Shown: positions 30,052 through 32,000 of the stretch, piece after piece
Layout of the letters: each line of letters opens with the position of its first letter
Position numbering within the stretch: the first letter of the stretch is position 1
Source: Candidatus Velamenicoccus archaeovorus
GTDB taxonomy: Bacteria > Omnitrophota > Gorgyraeia > Velamenicoccales > Velamenicoccaceae
Assembly: GCF_004102945.1 (NCBI RefSeq)
Contig: NZ_CP019384.1
Coordinates: forward strand, 870,001 to 902,000
Direction of reading: 5' to 3'
Length of the DNA: 32,000 nucleotides
Position numbers and translations under genes: made by a program
Notes under the pieces: generated by a model
What the model saw: the letters and a program-made list of their open reading frames with translations, nothing else
What the model was told of the DNA's origin: nothing
The model's database searches: none

Positions 30052-30816
30052 TTATTTGCTTACTTGTGCTCCTTTGACGATCTCGGCAAAGCTTTTGACG
30101 TCGAGACTGGCCCCGCCGACGAGAGCGCCGTCGATATCTTTTTGGGAAATGAGCTCTTTGATGTTGCCTGGTTTGACGCTCCCGCCGTATTGGATGGTGA
30201 TCTCATCGGCGATCTCGCGGGTATAGGCCTTTTCAAGGAGATCGCGGATGAAACGGTGGACTTCCTGGGCCTGGTCGGGCGTCGCCGTTTTTCCCGTGCC
30301 GATCGCCCAGACAGGTTCATAGGCGATGATCACTTTTTTGATTTCTTCTTTGTCGAGCCCTTTGAGGCTGTTGGTGACATGGTCCCGGATGACATCGAAA
30401 GTGCGGCCCGCCTCCCTCTCTTCCAGGCTTTCTCCGACGCAGACAATGGGCGTCAAGCCGTGTTTGAGCGCCGATTTAAGCTTTTTGTTGACGGTCTCAT
30501 TGGTCTCATGGAAATATTGGCGTCTTTCGGAATGGCCGAGGATGACGTAACCGCATCCAAGCTCTTTGAGCATCGGGGCCGATACCTCTCCGGTGAAGGC
30601 GCCGGCGTCTTCCCAGTGCATGTTTTGGGCGCCAAGGCCGATGTTCGTTTGATAAACGACCTCGGCGACTTCGTCGATCGCCGTGAAAGGCGGACAGACG
30701 ATGATACCGATAGCGTCGATATCATACAGATCTCTTTTGAGACCGTTGGCCAGCTCGATGGCTTCGACCGTTGTCTTGTTCATTTTCCAGTTGCCGGCGA
30801 TGATGATTTTCCTCAT
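30052..30816 (-). CDS. tpiA: Triosephosphate isomerase
   Basis: MRKIIIAGNWKMNKT...VILGHSERR...VCVGE...IAYEPVWAIGTGKTATP contains the catalytic K, H and E motifs. The ATG at 30816 has AAGGAG 7-8 nt upstream. Confidence 0.93.
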   Translation of the reverse strand: MRKIIIAGNWKMNKTTVEAIELANGLKRDLYDIDAIGIIVCPPFTAIDEVAEVVYQTNIGLGAQNMHWEDAGAFTGEVSAPMLKELGCGYVILGHSERRQYFHETNETVNKKLKSALKHGLTPIVCVGESLEEREAGRTFDVIRDHVTNSLKGLDKEEIKKVIIAYEPVWAIGTGKTATPDQAQEVHRFIRDLLEKAYTREIADEITIQYGGSVKPGNIKELISQKDIDGALVGGASLDVKSFAEIVKGAQVSK

Positions 30817-30828
30817 TAAATGCACTCC

Positions 30829-32000
30829 TTACTGTTTATCCTTCAGTGCGGCGATACCCGGAAGGACTTTGCCTTCCATGAATTCCAGCGAGGCGCCGCC
30901 GCCTGTCGAAATATGCGTCATCTTGCTCTCGAGGCCGAACTTGGCCACGGCGCTGGCTGTGTCGCCTCCGCCGATGATGGTCTTGGCTTTGAGCGTCGTG
31001 ATGAACGTCGCTACTTCTTTTGTTCCTTTGGCATACTTGTCGTTTTCAAAGATGCCCAGGGGGCCGTTCCAGCAGATGGTCTTGGCGCTTTTAAGGGTGT
31101 CGCAGAACAGGGCGATGCTCTTGGGGCCGATATCGACGGCAATCATGCCGTCGGGGATGGCCGCATCTTTTGTCGTTTCGATCTTCGTCGGCGTATCGAT
31201 ATTGTCGACAACGAGATGATCGACCGGCAATATCACCTTGACCCCAGCTTTTTTGGCCTTCTGGAGGGTTTCTTTGGCCAGGTCGATCTTGTCTTTCTCA
31301 AGTTTTGAATTTCCGATGGCAATCCCCTGGGCCTTGAGGAAGGTATATGCCATGCCGCCGCCGATCACCAGGACCTGCGCTTTTGTGAGGAGGTTCTCGA
31401 TGACACCGATCTTGTCCGAGACCTTGGCGCCGCCGAGGATCACGGCAAACGGCTTATCCGGCTGTTCAAGGGATTTGCCCAGGTATTCGATCTCTTTATC
31501 GAGCAGGAATCCTGCGACCGCCGGCAGGTCGTGGGCCACGCCCTCCGTAGAGGCGTGCGCCCTGTGGGCCGTGCCGAAGGCGTCGTTGACGTATGTGTCC
31601 GCAAGGCTTGCCAGCTGTTTAGCGAATGCAGGGTCGTTCTCTTCTTCTTCGGCATGGAATCTCAGGTTTTCCAGAAGGATGACTTTTTCAGGGGAGGCGT
31701 CGATGGCCTTGGCGATTTCAGGGCCTACGCAATCGTTGAGTTTTCTGACGGGCGTTTTGATCAGCTCCTGGAGCCTTTGGGCCACGGGATCGAGCCTGAG
31801 GGTTTCCTTGACCTGGCCGTCGGGTCGTCCCAGATGGGTCATCAAAATCAGCTTTTTGGGGTTGTTCTTGAGAATGTAATCGATCGTGGGGATGGCGGCC
31901 TTGATGCGCGTATCGTCTGTGATCGCCCCGGTTTTTTTATCCTGAGGCACGTTAAAATCCACGCGCATGATGATCTTTTTGCCTTTGAGATCGACGTCCT
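30829..32000 (-). CDS. pgk: Phosphoglycerate kinase; the N-terminal few codons lie beyond the window edge
   Basis: The frame stays open to the window end (...DVDLKGKKIIMRVDFNVPQDKKTGAITDDTRIKAAIPTI). It also contains GRPDG, FGTAHRAHAST and the C-terminal STGGGASLEF motif. Confidence 0.93.
   Translation of the reverse strand, partial: DVDLKGKKIIMRVDFNVPQDKKTGAITDDTRIKAAIPTIDYILKNNPKKLILMTHLGRPDGQVKETLRLDPVAQRLQELIKTPVRKLNDCVGPEIAKAIDASPEKVILLENLRFHAEEEENDPAFAKQLASLADTYVNDAFGTAHRAHASTEGVAHDLPAVAGFLLDKEIEYLGKSLEQPDKPFAVILGGAKVSDKIGVIENLLTKAQVLVIGGGMAYTFLKAQGIAIGNSKLEKDKIDLAKETLQKAKKAGVKVILPVDHLVVDNIDTPTKIETTKDAAIPDGMIAVDIGPKSIALFCDTLKSAKTICWNGPLGIFENDKYAKGTKEVATFITTLKAKTIIGGGDTASAVAKFGLESKMTHISTGGGASLEFMEGKVLPGIAALKDKQ

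Overview
This is a gene-dense 32-kb stretch of bacterial chromosome, and 28 of the 29 CDS I call, both tRNAs and the RNase P RNA are on the minus strand. The proteins are ordinary housekeeping functions. In order they are pheA (partial), scpB, ruvA, ruvC, yebC, RNase P RNA, an RNase HI-like gene, a COG1579 zinc-ribbon protein, tRNA-Val(CAC) and tRNA-CAU. Then come a T2SSE_N/MshEN+PilZ protein, a UbiA/MenA-type prenyltransferase, a nitroreductase, rpoD, dnaG, a NIF3-like protein, cvpA, smc and bcd-etfB-etfA. The window ends with a GNAT, glgC, marC, a TPR-tailed polytopic membrane protein, a BT1/MFS transporter, secG, tpiA and pgk (partial). The only plus-strand gene is a GAF-GGDEF diguanylate cyclase. 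I saw no CRISPR array, cas gene, transposase, integrase, toxin-antitoxin pair or recognisable defence system, so I do not claim a novel protein system. The unusual content is non-coding. (1) A roughly 190-250 nt three-hairpin element occurs twice, in the leaders of dnaG-rpoD and of the GNAT gene, with a 62/64-identical core and compensatory changes in its other stems. (2) The RNase H reading frame runs 84 nt into the 5' end of the RNase P RNA gene. (3) Both tRNA genes are preceded, 100 and 119 nt upstream, by an exact or near-exact copy of their own 5' end. (4) The tRNA locus carries a family of TCCCG...CGGGA hairpin doublets. (5) The leader of the COG1579 / RNase H / rnpB unit is built from duplicated modules, including a duplicated SD and a 102-nt tandem repeat with AGA-triloop hairpins. 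(6) A GC-rich structured island sits inside an AT-rich, tRNA-adjacent segment that carries the PilZ gene. (7) A 58-codon membrane ORF is joined to both neighbours by ATGA overlaps. All calls come from reading the sequence and the ORF track; no database search was run.
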